Source of the DNA: Camelus dromedarius
Lineage: Eukaryota
NCBI RefSeq assembly: GCF_036321535.1
Contig: NC_087437.1
Span: 25,112,001-25,176,000, forward strand
DNA: 64,000 nt
Direction: 5' to 3'
Under the pieces are notes generated by a model, which ran no database searches, had not been told where the DNA came from, and worked only from the letters and a program-made list of their open reading frames with translations. Position numbers and translations under genes: made by a program. Position 1 is the stretch's first letter; the number at the start of each line of letters is the position of its first letter. This document shows, piece after piece, positions 12,330-25,239 of the stretch.

Positions 12330-13550
12330 ACGTTACAAAACCTTTCTATAAACCATTAGCAAATCAAATTGAGCAGTATATTATATGTATAGCATACCCA
12401 AAGAGGTTTTATTCCAAGAATATAAGGATAGTTACTCTGAAGGAGAAAAGTGATGTGGTCTTTGTAGAGGAAGGTGATCAAATTTAATTGTTTTTTCTTT
12501 TCAAAATTGTTCCAAAACGAGACATAAAAAAATGAAATATTTCTTTCACATGATGAAGACGATCTTAAAACAACAATGTAATTTTTTAACTGTGAAATTC
12601 TGGAGTCACTTCTATTATTAGGCAAAATATTTTACTTAATTACTATAAAATATGACCACTTTATGGGTATAATTATTCCCCCCAAAAGAGACAAAAACAG
12701 CACTACACTTTTGCATCATATGCTTTTTACTTGCAAAGCTCAAGATAATCACCTGAATCAACTGAAATATTATGAGTAATAATATAGTAAGTAAAAAAGT
12801 CAAAGAATGATCAATAATTAATAGCTCAATAACAATTTAGATTTAGAATCTGTCAGAGAGAAGAAAAAACTTATTCGCAATAACAAGGTATGATATACAG
12901 AGAAAAAAATAACTCACGTCAGTACTGACCTAAAGAAAATTAAAAGCTTTATAAGATAACAAATGAAGATGCAAATATTTGCTAGAGTCTTATGGTCCTG
13001 GATTAATGGATCTAGTAACATAAAGACATGTATCTTCCCATAGCTAATCGATAGATTTGTATATTATCCAATTATAGCAAAGGGATTTTTCTTCAGAATT
13101 TTGCAAAATGATTCTTAAGATGACTTGAAGAACAATAGCAGAAAAATAGGAGAATTGAAAAAAAAATTATTGGAAGGATATTTTTAGAGCCTAGCTGTAT
13201 AAAATATTAACTTACACTCTAAAGATATAGTAATTAAAACAGTATGATACTGACATAAGCATCAATGTAACAATATATAAAAGTCAGAAACATGCCCAAG
13301 GACGTGTATTAAGTACATGATAAAAAAAGTATCTCAGATCAATTAGAAAATTAATGGAATTTTTAATAAATGATATTGATAAAGCTTATTACAGTATATA
13401 AAATTAATTCCTGATTAAACTAGAAAATTAAAAATGAGCTCTTAAAAGTACTACAATCAAAAAGATAGGTCAAGACATATAAACTTGGAGATGACTTTCT
13501 AAGTATGCTACCAAAAACCAATCTGTAAAGGCAAAAATTAATAGATTTAT
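12330..13550 (+). mobile_element. Ancient L1 (L1ME-like) ORF2 remnant
   Basis: A-rich, with L1 ORF2 blocks ttagcaaatcaaatt, ttttattccaagaatataaggatagtt, gctaatcgatagattt, taattaaaacagtatgatactg and aaaattaatagattt. Heavily decayed, no open frame. Confidence 0.65.
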
Positions 13551-14377
13551 CCCCTTCTCACCACTATACTGCTACCTCCTCAGCAGAGGTCTCCCATGGA
13601 GGTTTGTATCAACATTGGTGCTACTGGAACCCTCAAGCAGACAAATTAGGAAAAGGGCACTGGGTACCTAAGGAGTTGAGGGAAAATCAATACGGGGGGA
13701 GAAGTGTTCAGAAAAGGGAGTAGGAGTTTTGCAGTAAAAAATATTTCTTAATTTGTTGTGCCTATAAATTCAGAGGCAATGTAAAATGACAATTAACTCG
13801 TAAAAAAAAATGATAATTTATTATTCTTTTAAATAGTCATTGATACACTATATTATTTCTTTTTTGATCTAATGTGTTCCAGTCTTATCAGTATTTAGAA
13901 TTTAGGCTATTAGTATTTTATTCAGCTGCATTATAAAAGAAATTGAGTTTTTAAAATGATCTGCAAACCTAACCACTCTGCTAAACATATGGGTCTGTGG
14001 GAAAATACGTATGATTTTCCAAGTCATTGACTTTTAAATGAACCTCGGAAATACAAACTATTAATAAAGCATGGAATACATATACATATATATGTTAATA
14101 TATGTTACATATTTTAAAGATTCTTTTCTTTTTCTTTTAGCAATGTCGTTCCATACAAAAACAATAGAAACATAACAGTCTTAACAGGACATTTACAAGT
14201 GAATATTCAAAACAAAAAAATCTGTACACATCATTTACAGAGTAATTTTAAGTGGTAAATTAACTGATTATAAAAATAAAATGTTCTTTTTAAATCCCTC
14301 TGCTGTCTTAACTCCTAGAGTGTTACAGTTAGAAGGCCTACTAGTGTTATTTAAAAGTATCAAATTAACAAGAAGTT

Positions 14378-14795
14378 ATGAGTATGTTAGCTTACATGGC
14401 AAAGGGGAATTAATATTGCAAATGGAATTAAGGTTACTATAACCAGCTGACCTTGAAAGAAGGCCCAGTGTAATTACACGAGTCCTTATACACGGAACAG
14501 GGAGGCAGAAGAGAGAGAACCAGTGATACGGAATTGTGAAAAGGACTCAGCCCAATGGTGCTGGCCTTGAAGGTGGAGAGAGGAGGCCAAGCGACCTCTA
14601 GAAGCTGGAGGGAGCGAGGAAGAGATTCTCCCTCAGAACCTCCAGGCAGGGGCACAGCCCTGCCAGTCCCTTGATTTTAGCTCAGTAAGACCCATTTTGG
14701 ACTTGTGACCTCCGGAACTATAAAATAATGGACTTATGTTGTTTTAAACCACTAAGTTTCTGACAATTCATTACAGCAAATAGGAAACTGATGTA
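14378..14795 (+). mobile_element. MLT1D-like MaLR solo LTR (5' truncated)
   Basis: ttacatggcaaaggggaatta..tgcaaatggaattaaggtt..cagctgaccttga, ctctagaagctgga..gattctccctcagaacctcca, and terminal ttttaaaccactaagttt..ttacagca.ataggaaact. Confidence 0.85.
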
Positions 14796-15098
14796 GCTTT
14801 AAATATATCTAAAAGATTTAGTGTATCTTAGCCACTAAGCCACTAACTTAGGAGTTAGTCTAGAAAAAGGGCCACATTACTTTGCTTTCCAATAGGAAGA
14901 AATTCTTATCCACTGTCTTATCTACTTTTCTAACTGTAAATGGAAATCTTTAGATATAATTATTTTTATTATCTGGGTGTGGTGGATTGTCAAAGTTCGC
15001 ACATGTAAAATAAAGCATAGGTTAGTGTATGATATATTCATACAAGAGTCAACACCTTTATTACTTAGTTTTGACTTTCCTGGGTGCAGGATTTCGAC

Positions 15099-15480
15099 TT
15101 TCATTCATTCACTTATTCAACAAATACTTATTAAGCACTCAGTGTATGCCAGGCACTATTCTGGGATTTGAAAATCGAATATTGAATAAGAAAGGTGAGT
15201 TCCTTGATTTCATGGACCTTATATTCTTATGAGGGGAGAAAGTCAATAAGTAAATAACTGAGTAAACAAGAAAATTATTGGACAATGGTAAGTTTTGAAA
15301 TATGATGACGTGATTGCAATGTGGAATGGGTAGTTAAGGAAGACCTCTGATAAGTGACATTCAAGCTGAGATTTAAATGACTAGAGGAGCCAAGAATGAG
15401 AAGACCTGGGCAAAATCATTATAGGCAGAGGGAACAGCCAGTGGAAAGATCTTAAGCTAATGTTTCAAAGTCAAGAGAGG
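15099..15480 (-). mobile_element. L2 LINE 3' end (may continue to about 16060)
   Basis: ttcattcattcacttattcaacaaatacttattaagcactcagtgtatgccaggcactattct is the canonical antisense L2 terminus. Confidence 0.85.
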
Positions 15481-16224
15481 ACAGGGAGCAGAATTAACTG
15501 TGTTGAATATTCCTGAGCATTCAAGAAAAATAAGAGAAAAGGAATTATTGGATTTGGCGAGGTGAAGCCTAATGAAGTTCTTATTAGAGTGGGCAGAGGG
15601 GAGACACTAAGGGGAAGAGAGAACAACCATAGACAAATTTTTCAATAAATTTTGCTATAAGATGGACAGAGAAATCAGACTGCAGGGTGAAGTCTAGAAA
15701 TCTTCCTGTATGTGTGTGTTTTTTAGAGGAAATACTAAAGCATCTTGTATGCTGATAGAATGATTTGTGGAAGAGAGAAAACGACAGAAGGAAGTGGGGA
15801 TAGTCAGAACAAAATCCTTGGGCAAGCAAGGGAGAGCAGGTTGGTTTCAAACTATGTGACGAACTTGGTCTTTGACAGAAGCAGACAGAGCACGTTCATT
15901 CAGAGTAAGGGGAGGGAAGGTCGAGGGAAGGTGCAGAACTTAACATGTCCGTTGGGAATTCCTTTAGTAGGAAGATGAGCAAATTCACTGTCCATTGCTT
16001 CTATTTTCTCAATCATATGCGACATATTCATACTCACTGCAGAAGATTTGAGAAGAGGAGAAGACAACTAGAAAAGTTTGATGACTGTTAGTGACTCACC
16101 TGGTCTAGACATGCATCTTTAATGTATTTGAGTGGTTCTCTTTACTCAAACCTCGTGAGAACAAAAGAATTTGTCAAGCATCAATGAATCCTTTCTGCAA
16201 TTAAAATAACTATATTATCCTTAT

Positions 16225-16298
16225 TCTCTCCTCTCTCTTTCTCTTTCTCTCTCTCTATATATGTATATGTGTATATGTATACAGTATGAACACACACA
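16225..16298. repeat. Compound (TC)n/(TA)n/(TG)n/(CA)n simple repeat
   Basis: Directly visible. Confidence 0.8.
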
Positions 16299-18689
16299 AA
16301 ATATATTCAGTGAATATTACCGTGCTTTGACAATGTGAGGGAGGTTATCAGCCACATTAACAGAAAGAGCCTCTTCTTAATTGGGGTCCAAACTTAAAAT
16401 AGCTCTTTAGCTTGAGCAGCAGTGCAACCCTTCCTGTGCAACATCATTAACACCCAGGCAATTATGGATTCAGATAGTGAGTTTGAATCATTTCACAAGA
16501 CACAATGCATAGCAGAATAAGTAAATTATCCATTGCTCACGCTGGTGGCCAGTAATCAACACTGAACTTTTGTGTCCTCTATTTGAAAATGGGCTGTCAT
16601 TCTATCCCCAAGTTTCCTGAGGGAGATCTTCAGGGAACCAAAGGACATATGTGGAAAAAAAAGGGGGGGGGTTTGCATAATTCCTATGTGCTCTCTTTCT
16701 CAATATGAAGACAGTGAAGCACTGGTGTTCAGGCTCCCTGAGAAACCATAGACGCATTCTGGGTGGTCTGTTCGCTCTGACAGCATCTCTTCTGTCCCTT
16801 TTTGCAATCAAGGATGGGTAGCTCAGATTTTATGTTTCTCCTGATCCTTGGCTCAGAATTTCTCTCTCTCTTGGCCAGAAAGAGCCTCATACTATAACAA
16901 GCTTAAAACAGTCCATTTGTTAATGAAGCTATAATAATGATCTTCTCAGAATCATGCAGTCTTTCCTGACTCAGAGTTAATCACTAAATATATAACGAGA
17001 AATCAGTCAGATACTGAGTCCAGAGCCATGTTCTAAAAAAGGATAAAACTGGTTCAGCAATTATTGACATAGCCAAGGGTCCAGCTGGGGTTAATGTGAA
17101 AAGATACACATTTGGTGCCTTGTACTCAGTCTCTAGAACAGGATTTGAAGTAAGAGATGGAAAGTCAGGTTTAGACCCTGGTGACAAAAATATGCATAAA
17201 TTAGACTGCATCAAAGTCGGCATCAGAGAAGGACTGGCAGAAACCTGGTCTATCATTAAATCACCAGACTTCAGATCTTTCTCATTCCATGTCTTCTAAT
17301 GGCCTCTCTTGGGAAGAGCGTGGAGAGATGATCTCTGACAGGCCAGGCATGAGAAGACAAGAGGCAGAAACAAAAGTGGGTTAATGATTTTAAGTTATAA
17401 CCCACCAGCCACTTCAGCCTGCCATGAATCAGAGCGTTAGTCTAAGGAGAAGGTGGAAAGTTTCATTTTACCAAAAAGAAGATGATGACAAATCAAAGCA
17501 ACGTGTCACTCCAAACAAGCATTAGGAAAAGAATAATGTTTGCAAATGTCAGGAACATTCGCTTATACTTAATTGAAACATTACAAACGCAGAAAAAAGG
17601 AGTCACTGTGAGGATGACATTTTCTATAAAATAATTGTTAACAGTTTTTTTTCCTAAAGCATAAAACTCTGTAAACTGGAAGTCTATTTGGTGAGTCAAT
17701 GGCTTCTTAAGCTCATATAAGTGGTAATGGTTGCAATGTTTCAGCAAAGAAAGAAATAGAGAGAGAGACTTAGTTTGAAGTGAACAGTGACATTATTGTT
17801 AGCTTATTTAAGGCTGTTGCTGACTGTGTTAATGAATTGGCACCATTTCAATTCAGAATGACAGTGCTCAAGGGAAGACCACTCTCTCTTCTTTTCTCCT
17901 CTTCCTCCTTCTCTCTCTCTTCTTTCTTATTTTTATGTAGCATAGAATACATCGGAAAATTCTTGGTGTCATTCATGTGAGAAGCAAAAACAGAAATTCA
18001 AAATCTCGAACCCAGTCTTAGAGACTTTGTTCAGAAACGGGGCAGATTGAAATGACCTCTCGCAACAGACTGTGTCAGAGGAAAAGGGAAAGAGGCCATT
18101 CCTATAAGACAGCAGAATAATATGAGGTGACAGAACCTGGTGCTTTAACAGTTAATGTACATCATCAACAAGTTGAAACGGGGAAGCGTCTGTACAGCTC
18201 ACATGAACCAGTGCTAAGTCAAATTAAACAAGTCAAAAACTTAGCATCTTGATTTCAATAACCAAAGACATAAAGTAAAAACAAATGTTTCAAAATGGAG
18301 ACTCAATCAAACCACTAATTTAAAACAAAATGTTCTGATCATCCATTACTCTGCCACAATATATGGCTTTGTTGTAAAAGCTTTTATGCAGGGTCTATGA
18401 GAGCATTTCCTGGACTAATAGCAAATAAAATTGTATCTTTTGGGGACAGTATTGTCTCCTATTGTCCCCTTTGGGGGCTTGAATCCTGTTCATGGGGTGA
18501 CAGAGTATAATCAAATCATTAAGGCATCATAGTTCACAGCAAAATTCCTGAGATTTTATTTACTTGCATTTCTAGTCAACATAAAAAATCATTTTTCTCT
18601 CACATAAGAGTAGTGCTTAAATTAGATTCATCACTGAAATCTGGCTAATTTGGCTTAGTCTGTTTTTGAAACTTACTGCAAAATCAAAA

Positions 18690-18840
18690 ATCTCAGAACT
18701 GAACAGAAACTCAAAATCTTTTTAGTGCACAGACATGCCGAAAAGAAAACTAAGGCTCAGAAGAGTGGAAAGGGTTACCCAGTAGCCATAGGGATTTAGC
18801 ATAAAGTGAAATGGTTTGCACTCAGATCTTCTCTATTATC
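18690..18840 (-). mobile_element. MIR SINE fragment
   Basis: aaaactaaggctcagaagag..aagggttaccca..ccatag resembles the MIR core. Confidence 0.45.
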
Positions 18841-19060
18841 CAAGGAAGCACATGCAAGATTTTTTATAGGAGCAGGATGTCGATCTAAAGCAGCCACTAT
18901 AATCATTTTGTTGAGGTTGAAATAGTCACTTAAACTGTTAGTAATACACATGGCTAGAACACTTGCACTTCATTTTTAAGATCTGAATTTATGAAAATAT
19001 ACAGTGTTGAGTGAATGCAATGTAGCATTCTCAAAGTCTAAGCAGATAAATCACGAGTTA

Positions 19061-19170
19061 TCTGTTTTTCCTTTTTCCTTCCTTTCTTTCTTCCTTTCTC
19101 ACTTTCTCCCTTTCTTCTTTGCCTTCACTGCCTCTTCCTCCACCTCTTCTTCTGTTCTTGTTCTTACTGT
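19061..19170. repeat. CT-rich low-complexity tract
   Basis: Degenerate TTTC/TTCC/TCT repeats. Confidence 0.7.
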
Positions 19171-19187
19171 GACTCTTTTTTTGGTAT

Positions 19188-19719
19188 CGTGGTAGCTTTA
19201 AAATGTCCATAAATTCCTTGACACTCTTCCTTTATATAAGTGGAGCCTAATTTTCCAGGGGGCTAGATTTGGTTACTCTCTTCCAGTGAATAAAATGTGG
19301 GGGAAGTAACACATGTAACTTCTGGCACGAGGTCATAAAAGGAATTGAAATTTCCTCCTTGCTCTAACTCTTGGATCACTTGCTTTAGAAGAAGCCAGTT
19401 GTCATGTCAGGGAGAGGCCCATGTGGTGAGGGGCCTATAGCGATGTGAGTGAGCTATCTTTGAAACGAATATCATGGCCCCCAGATGTCTGCAACCCCAA
19501 GGGAGTGAAACGAGAATGTAAACTCTACAAGGGTTCAGATCATTGACTGCTTCCTGTACTGACTGCTTCCTGTACTGACTGCAACTTCATGGGAAACTGA
19601 GCCGGAGGCCCCCCAGATAAGCTGTGCATGACATTTTGACCTACAGGTAATATGTATTTGTTCCTTGAAGCCTCTCAATTTATAAATAACTTATAATGAA
19701 ACAGGAAATAACTAATACA
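19188..19719 (+). mobile_element. MLT1F-like MaLR solo LTR, full length, with 5-bp TSD
   Basis: Starts cgtggtag (TG to CG) and ends ataactaataca. Flanked by a perfect GGTAT duplication at 19183-19187 and 19720-19724. Internal blocks aattccttgacactcttcct, aggtcataaaagg, ggagaggcccatgtggtgagg. Confidence 0.85.
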
Positions 19720-19964
19720 GGTATGCGACCATTAGCATGTCAAATTTTAAAACAGGCCTCCTGAAAGTAATTTTCTTTAAAAAATGCAATTATATATAAA
19801 TATCACACATTTGTCTGTACAATAATAGAGAATACAAATAAACAAATAGGAACAAGAAAACATATAATTGAAGTATTCCACATAGCAATTATTCATATTT
19901 AGTGTAGATTGTTGAGGATTTTTCTAGGCATTTAATTAAACTTAATAGGGCTTAATGGTCAGGT

Positions 19965-20245
19965 ATGTCCATAGTCAGAGATTAAGAACATCAACTCTGG
20001 AGCCAAACTGCCTGGGTTTGAATCCTGCACCCATCCCTAACTAGCTGTGTCACCTTGAATAAACTACTTAAGTTTTTTTTTTTTTTGTCAATGTTTACAT
20101 CATTAAAATAAAGATATTAAGTGTATATCTCACTCCTTATTGTGAAGTTTAAATTAATGGAATTAATATATGTAGAAGCAATTGCTAAAGAATTGCACTT
20201 GAATCATGGAAGTCATCCTATACATTTGTGCTTCATTATTGTTAT
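19965..20245 (+). mobile_element. MIR SINE, near full length
   Basis: attaagaacatcaactctggagccaaactgcctgggtttgaatcctg..ctagctgtgtcaccttgaataa.ctacttaa. Confidence 0.85.
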
Positions 20246-20289
20246 GTTATGTTGTTATATTTAATGAATGCTTTTCTATTCCATTGTTT

Positions 20290-20750
20290 TTTACTTTTAG
20301 CAGCCTATGGCATGATCTATTACTCCCTCCTTGAAACGTTTCTTCTTTTGCCATTTGTTCCAATAAAGTCTTGGTTTCTTTCTATTTAACCAGCTGTTTG
20401 TTATTAGTTACCTTTGCTTTTTTCTCTTCTTTTCATTCTAAGATCTGGAGCACCCCCATGTCTGTCTTTGGACTTTATCTTTTACCTTCTCTCAAGAGAT
20501 CTCTTTTAGTCTGATGGTCTTACACACCAAGGCCCCACACAGTCTGGTTCCCACCTCTTCATGGAATGATCTTTCTTCTCATTCACTACACAGCAGCCAC
20601 ATTGGCCTCCTTTCTGCTGCCCTAACAGACGAAGCCACTCAGTGCCTCCCAGCCTATGCACGTACTGTTTCAGATGCCTTCCCTCAGCCCCCCGAATGGC
20701 TTGATCTCATTCTTTATCTTAGAAAGGGCCTTCCTGGCCACCCTTATTTT
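20290..20750 (+). mobile_element. L2 LINE fragment
   Basis: tactccctccttgaaacgtttcttc, cactacacagcagccacattggcctccttt and agggccttcctggccaccct are sense L2 blocks. Confidence 0.7.
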
Positions 20751-21249
20751 TTTTTCCCTTGCAAAAGCCCTCAGTTCACCCAAAAGCCCATGGAAATTTA
20801 TTGTTTTTGTTTGTTGTTTGTTTGCCCTTTTCTATCCTTCTCCACATGGCTTTTCCTTGTGAAATGCCTGACATGACACCAGTGGGGTACCTGGGAGTGG
20901 AGGATACCTCCAGGGGTAGCCCAGGGACTTACATACAAGCTGGAGGGCAGGGCACAGGTAGGACAGGTGAGAGACAGCACAAGGGATATGGCTTCCCAGG
21001 TAGAGAGCAAAGGTTTGTTTTCTTCCTGGAAGAAGCTATGCCAGAGGGCAAGGGTCTAGGATCCTCTGTGGGAGGGAGTGAACAGAGAGGCTTCTCCACT
21101 GTGGGATGCAACCACATTCCCCAGAGGATGAGTACCAAAAGGGGATGAGATCTGCCCTTGAAGGCTCCAAGGGATGGGACGGGGAGAACTGGCCAGATGT
21201 GCTGCCTCAGGGAAAACATTCTCCTATTTCTTCCTTTTATAGAATCTAA

Positions 21250-21310
21250 TTATGCTGTTATGTTTTGCTATGATATGTTGTTATGTTATGTTATTCTGTT
21301 ATGTTATATC
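21250..21310. repeat. Degenerate (TTATG)n repeat
   Basis: Directly visible, abutting an L2 tail. Confidence 0.7.
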
Positions 21311-21850
21311 ATTCATTCAAATCACACACAAACACTTTTGAGTACCTGCTATGTGGCAGGCAATGTTCTAACTGAAGAAAACAGTCACCGATCTAAGCCC
21401 TTATAGACTTTACATTCTAGCTTCAATAGATAAACAATAAACAAAAGGCATAATAAGCATGTAAATTATATATTATGTTAAAGGTGATAAGTACTATGGT
21501 TTAAAAAAAAGAAGCAGCAGCAGCAGCAGAAGGCATGGAATTGGTTGGGGGTAGGAAGGGGAAGAGAACAGTAGTATGAAATATGGTATCAGGGTAGGAC
21601 TCTTGGATGGGGTGAGATTTGGGCCAATTCTTGAAGGTGGTGAGTGATTATCATACACCTATTTGGAGGAAGCCTCTTCCAGACAGAGGGCACAGACAGT
21701 CCTGAGATTGCAACGTCGGATCATGTCTGGATGTTCAACGAACTGCAAAAAGCCAGTGCTGAAGAAACAGAGAACAGGAAGAGATGAAGTCAGAGAAGAA
21801 ATTGGGGGTCAGGAGAGACCATCAAGGGGGAAGTTGTAGGTTGTTTTCAA
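21310..21850 (-). mobile_element. L2 LINE 3' end
   Basis: attcattcaa..ttttgagtacctgctatgtggcaggcaatgttcta..tagactttacattctag..ggtgataagtactatg. Confidence 0.8.
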
Positions 21851-21889
21851 GATAAGTTTTTTTTAAAAAAAAATCCCTTATATTCTACT

Positions 21890-22560
21890 TTGTTTGTTAT
21901 GCAAGTCTATTTATTCATAAAACTTAATGATCTGACCAGAATTTTTCTAGGCTTCTTTCATTAATTTTGTCAGGTACTCAGTAAGACTGTTAATCCAAAC
22001 ATCCAAGGTGGTTCATTTGTTTTCATATCATAAGAGACTTCTTTAACTTGGAATTTAATTTTCATTTCTGTTATATTTCTGTAGCTTTATTTATTAGGAA
22101 TTCCGACTCTCTGTACCTTTGCTGTCCAAACTTTCTTTTAAACTATTGTGTTCCCTGTTACTGTCTTTGCTTTTTGTCCTTCCTTTGCATTCTGGAAAAG
22201 TTCTTCAACTTACCTTCCACATTAGGGTTTAGTCCCCAGAAGCATCAGTTCTGCTTTTTCCTGCTTTGACTATAGGTCTCATATTGTGATAATACACTAT
22301 TAGTCACTTTTAATTCTTTCTTTACTGCAGACAGCAGTCTTTTCATTTCCGTTGGCAATATTAAAATCTCCTTTCATGTCTCTTTTCCCCCTTCCGAAGG
22401 CACATTTTGATGAAGAAAGCAGCATAACTTTCTAAAACTACTTCTGTTTCTCATAATATTTTCTTAATAAATATTCCTTTTTTGGCATCTTAAGTAATAG
22501 TCTATTTTAATTTTATGTTACATAATCATTTCCTTGCATACATTTGTTTCTTTCTGTCTG
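21890..22560 (-). mobile_element. Ancient L1/HAL1-like fragment
   Basis: T-rich strand with ttcattaattttgtcaggtactcagt and tgcattctggaaaagttcttcaacttaccttcca, reminiscent of antisense HAL1/L1ME ORF1-region sequence. Confidence 0.4.
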
Positions 22561-25239
22561 TCCTTGAGCAAAGAGCATTCTATCCATGATTGACATTTAA
22601 CAAAACCTCACTTGAATGGATTCCCCTTGTTTCTCTTCAGTGAAAAAAATAAATGTTGCTAGACATCCCTCCTACCTTAACTGACAGGGTTGGTAAACTT
22701 GAGTGTCCATTACCAGGTCAGTGATCTACAGCCGAGTTGGGGGAAGAAACTCAGCCAGTCCAAGCAGGGAAACTCCACATCTGCATTCCCTCCTCCGGAT
22801 TTGACGAAATGTGGTACTACCAACCATTTATGTCCTGTGGTTTTCTTTTTGGTCCAACCTCTGCTCGGAGTACATGCATTGTACTTTATTCCCCGATGCA
22901 TTCTATTCACCATATCTGGGAAAAGATACCACCAGAATGTGTAGCACCCCCTACCCTGAATCTCTCACCTGTGAGACGGAGAACTTGTGGCTCTCCTGGC
23001 CTGATGAGGGCCCCGTCCCCGGCAATGGTAGAAAGCCACACCAGTGAAGTGTGTCTAGTGGTTCTCTGTCGACACCGGCCCTCCAAATTTGAGCTGCTTT
23101 CTTAGAGAACACCTTGTGGCTTTCTCAGGAGATGTTGTTGTTAATCTTGGAAAGTTATTCCTCTGGCCTCATGCTCTTACCCTGTCATGACGAAACAAAG
23201 TTAGACATGAGAAAGGCTTTGCTCCTAAATGTACACGTACGAAGCACATGAGGAGGTAGTTCTGGCCTTACGTTTCTCTTCCATAAATGCTCTTAATCTC
23301 CTGCCAGAGGAAGAGTACAGAAAGCTTCCAGCCACTTCAGTCATGTCCCCAAAACTATTTATCCTTTTTATTCATTATGTCCTAAGCATCTAGAAAATTA
23401 CCAGACTTGTGATATGGATGAAAAACTTTATCTTGCTATTGGGAAGTGTGTTTTAACTCAACATTTACATTTTAACCAGTTAGTCTCTGAATCATTAAAT
23501 CTGATTCAAGCTCAAAAGAAATGGTGTTACTCACAGCATTCTGTGGCTATTCTGCTTCCTATATGTTGCCTTGAGGTAGAAGGCAGGTCAATAAAATTCA
23601 AAGCAGAAGTTGGGTTGAGATTTCAGACAGCAGTCCCTACAGACATGGCCTTAGTAATTCTGTCTCCAAATTTTCAATGTTTCCTTCCAAGTTTAAGAGA
23701 AAGAAGTGCAGCAAGAAGTTCATCCTGAAAATGTAACTGCTGTCAATAATAAGAAGAAATTCATAGCATAAGTTAAATATAACAAATCAATTTGGGGAAT
23801 TGTAAATCTAATGATGCTAATACATTAAGGAGCTGGACTAATACAGGACTCCGATGGCTCTGTAATTGCTAAGCCCGTTTTCAAACAATAATAAATCAAT
23901 TGCATTTTGCATTTGTTTAAACCCCAACTATTTGACCATTGGTATAGTTGAGACAAGAGGCAAACCACTGTGTCCACCTCTACCTGCCTTATATTTTGTT
24001 CTTAATGAGAGTTGTTGTCAGCAGTTACTGTTTTGTGAAGAAAATGCATCTTGTTTTATTTTAACTATGTATGTAACTTTGTATAGAATGATTATATAAT
24101 CGATGTCGATTACAGCGTTGACGCTGGTGCATCGTTAATGTCATACCCTTTCCTTTGCCACCACTTTAATTCTAACACTGTAAGACAAACACGCCTCTTC
24201 TCATCTTTCTATTATGCTGCATGCCATTAAAAGTGAAAGGAAATGCTATATTTATCTTGATATATATTAAAAAATAATGAAGAGGATAATTATCAAGGCT
24301 GCACTGCAATTTCATGGCACGGCTGTCAGTTACAAACTGCCTGATCTGCACTCTTTTAGTTCATAATGTTAGGGTGAAAAAATTGTGTGATTGAAATACA
24401 GTCATTTAATTAATTTCTCTCTATTATGACTTTCAGTGCTATACTTGTGATATGGGCTCAGTGATGTGAAATTCAAGTTTGGAAGAATAGAAGACTATGA
24501 AAGCTGGTCATTCATTTTTGCTTTATTTAGATATTTAATCTCTTAGTACTGCATGGCAGCAGTAAAGAAATGCTACAGATTTTAAAGTATTCAGCTTATA
24601 GTTATTTAGATGTCAACAATGGCAAAATTGACAGGATGGTTTTGCATTTGCTGGCTCTTGGCTCCAGAAGATGTTTGGTTTAACAGCATGCACTTCAATA
24701 CCAAGTGGTAAATACAGATGAGTAACCATGGAGCCAAGAGAAGGCTACTTTACCATTTTTAAGACAGAATTATTCACTAGTAGTCTTAGTACTTATGAAA
24801 CACAAGATTGTCTTTCCTTTTTCTCTGATTTATCAAAATAAGCACATGCTGGAATAGTTGACTTTTGGAAATATTAATCATAAGTGAATATGCTACAAGA
24901 TTTATGAAGCGCCCTGATGACAGCTTAAAATAATTGCCAAAGTTCTCGGACTCTATCACAGTGAAGCATTCATATAGCTACAGTTTTCTAACTTTTGCTA
25001 CCACTGGGATTTTGTATTATGGTCATGAAATCTTGATCAGATAGTTACCTGTTAAGAATACAGATGTAAACGGTTAGACAGAAAAAGGAATAATCAAGAA
25101 TCTATATAAAGGAGATACAGAAAATAATTGAAATTTATAAGAGTGATACTGAGTATGGATGAGTTATATAATATCATTTCCTCTTCCCTTTTCGTTGTTT
25201 TGCTGTAATGAGCTAAGTTTAGTTTGCCTCCTATCTAAT

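Noticed and set aside
17941..18126. Long polypyrimidine tract followed by AG, suggesting a plus-strand exon
   Set aside because: The tract is a CT-rich simple repeat, downstream donors are weak, and translations are unrecognisable.
22690..23105. Four overlapping ORFs of 67-122 aa
   Set aside because: No recognisable domain or convincing splice signals; expected by chance in a locally GC-richer patch, possibly old repeat 5' sequence.
24218..24223. RBFOX motif TGCATG here and at about a dozen other positions
   Set aside because: The count is about what a hexamer gives by chance in 64 kb, with no clustering next to a supported exon.
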